Assembly (NCBI RefSeq): GCF_964204645.1
Contig: NC_134034.1
Coordinates: 10,180,962-10,244,961, forward strand
Length of the DNA stretch: 64,000 nt
Source of the DNA: Tubulanus polymorphus
Lineage: Eukaryota > Animalia > Nemertea
Direction of reading: 5' to 3'
In this document: positions 61,849 to 64,000 of the stretch, piece by piece
Position numbering within the stretch: the first letter of the stretch is position 1
How the letters are laid out: the number at the start of each line of letters is the position of its first letter
Position numbers and translations under genes: made by a program
The notes under the pieces: generated by a model
The model's input: only the letters and a program-made list of their open reading frames with translations
Database searches by the model: none
Told to the model about the DNA's origin: nothing

Positions 61849-63635
61849 ATGAAGTACAAAACCCGCTCGGTGGCCGTTGTTCCACTGATGTTGCTAGTTA
61901 CGGGTTTATGTGTGATATTCATGCGACGCCTGCGGCCGGTGTTCAGACGGTGCTCCGACGAAGAGTTCCTAAGGGACGCGGCGCTGTTACTCTCGTATTG
62001 GGATCGAAACGGCTGGAATAGAACTGGTGGCGAGCTAGTTACTGCCGCAGACGTGTCGATCCCTGATATACGCGAGGAGATCGTCTACAAGAACTGCGCG
62101 GCGTTTTACGTCGAAGGAGCTAGTGAAAATATCCTGCCGCTGCTGAGGGAGGCAGAAACGGCCGCGCGGAGACCGCAGCGCTCGGCTGAGAAATATTTGA
62201 AAATGACTTGTGATTGCGATGCGTTTAGACGCAAAAGGAAGTATATTTTACACCCGCTGACAGAAACTGAACACCAGTTCCCGATCGCGTTCAGTATACT
62301 TATCTATGCAGACCTGGAACGTTTTGAACGCCTGCTCAGAATGATCTACCGACCTCAGAATTACTATTGCGTGCACGTCGACGCGAAATCGTCTGCCGAG
62401 TTCATGGCAGCCGTCACGGGTATTAGCAACTGTTTCCCGAACGTGTTTCTATCGCCGGAACGTTACGACGTTGTGTGGGGTGTGAGCGTACTGCAGCCGG
62501 AAATAAGCTGTATGAAACAATTGCTTATAATGGGTAAATCGTGGAAATACTTTATCAATCTCACCGGCCAGGAGGCTCCGCTGAAAACGAATTTTGAACT
62601 GGTCAATATTCTGAAAACGTACAACGGAGCCAACGACGTTGAGAAACTGATATCTAGGTAAACACTTATTCATGAATTGTACGTATCAGAGGCGAATCTT
62701 AAATAGAGCGTCTGATTCGGGGAGGGGTGCACCTTAAAATAGGGCGTATCATAATCATATTAATAGGTTTTATAGTTTATATAGTTTTTATATAGTTTTT
62801 CAGCTATTTTAAGTTTAATATTTTTCCTTTCCCCGCGAGATTTCAGGGCAAGTTGACATTACTGGGGGCAAGGTTCGGTACCCCTGCACCCTCCTCATAA
62901 TTTGAGTTAATGTTCGGAAGGGCTGACTTAAAAGTATTCCTGTTATCTATAGTTTCAAAGTTTTCTTTTCACAGAAATGCCCCGGAACGTTATGCCGAGC
63001 GCATGAAGGAACTCCCACTACCGGAGGGCGTTAGGGTTGTGAAAGGCGCAGTGCACGTGGTCTTGTCGAGGGGATTCGTCGAGTTCACCACGCATGCGCC
63101 GGTCGCCAAGTACTTATATAACTGGTTCAGCGAGAAGGCGTTACCGGACGAGTATTTTTTCGCTACATTGAGTCATAATCCACAGCTTGGAGCGCCCGGG
63201 GCTTACACTGGCAAGTATACAAAAAATACCCTGGCTGGGCTCTCGTCTGGTCATAGCTTACATGGTGACCTACGACTTACCGGTTTGCTAACTAACTGCA
63301 TAATTTTCTCTTCCTCAGGTAAAGTCAACGAGACCGACCCGGTGAAGTTACCATTTCTGGCGAGATTGAAATACTGGAAAAATGAAAACCCATGCTCTGC
63401 GGGTTTCTGGCGGAAAGAAATATGCATTCTTACGGCCGGAGAGCTGCCGACACTTTCTCGCCGTCCGGAACTGTTCGCCAATAAATTCTTCTGGAATTTT
63501 TCGCCGGTTGGATTCGACTGTCTGGAAGAGTTGTATTTCAATCGGACACGCGAACAGTTCGCGAAGGGTCTATCGGCTAGTTCGATCGATTTGTCCTACT
63601 ATAAGTCGTTAGATTACGTGTCCAATCACGTTTAA
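61849..63635 (+). CDS. GCNT: Beta-1,6-N-acetylglucosaminyltransferase (GT14), copy 2, ~453 aa
   Basis: Exons 61849-62657, 62975-63210, 63319-63635 (1362 nt). Same motifs as copy 1; the second intron has a GC donor (GCAAGT). Confidence 0.9.
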
Positions 63636-64000
63636 GGCGGTTTCATCGATGATCCGCTAGGTAGTGTACGGTCGAAAATACATTCCGCAGTCGCCTGTCC
63701 CAAACGATAGGCATCGTACTTCACTCGTTGCTGCAATTGCCGAGTGTTTCAGGATTTAATTGGATCCGTCCGCGTATAGAATCTACTCGTGGCGATATAT
63801 GTGAATTACCATCTTCCAAATGAATACAAGCGAAAAGATGCAGCGGGACTTTTTTGACGACTTCTGATATTTCCAATACGAGAATCCGTCCACAATTTCA
63901 ATGATTTCATAATGGATATAGCGAATTAATCATGAACAGATTTTCCGGTGCCCTGAAGTTCGTTATAACGAGGTTCCGCTGTATATAGAACTATCGTTTG

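Overview
Eukaryotic (invertebrate-like) genomic DNA. Host genes are a tail-to-tail pair of 15-exon NRF-6-like acyltransferase-3 paralogs (A: 7091-39760 +, intact; B: 51168-42754 -, with a 4-bp frameshift in exon 4) and a tandem pair of 3-exon core-2/I-branching GlcNAc-transferases (GT14, GCNT-like). Introns hold decayed LINEs, a SINE, many MITEs and microsatellites. The standout is a pair of related, very AT-rich elements (12704-20444 and 51784-54194) with Polinton/Maverick-type ends (5'-AGT...ACT-3', exact 6-bp target-site duplications). Both are built as giant fold-back palindromes of a single end and show no integrase, capsid or complete polymerase. The larger one carries a ~75-codon vestige of protein-primed PolB, followed by a 758-aa ORF with the motif order of Rep_trans (pT181 RepC/D-type) rolling-circle initiators, two small ORFs, and a perfect 33-bp hairpin at the fold-back junction. 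Its two arms differ by six clustered, purely synonymous changes inside the PolB vestige. Working hypothesis: copy-back, helper-dependent Polinton satellites, one of which carries a tyrosine nickase. All analysis was by eye and no database searches were run.
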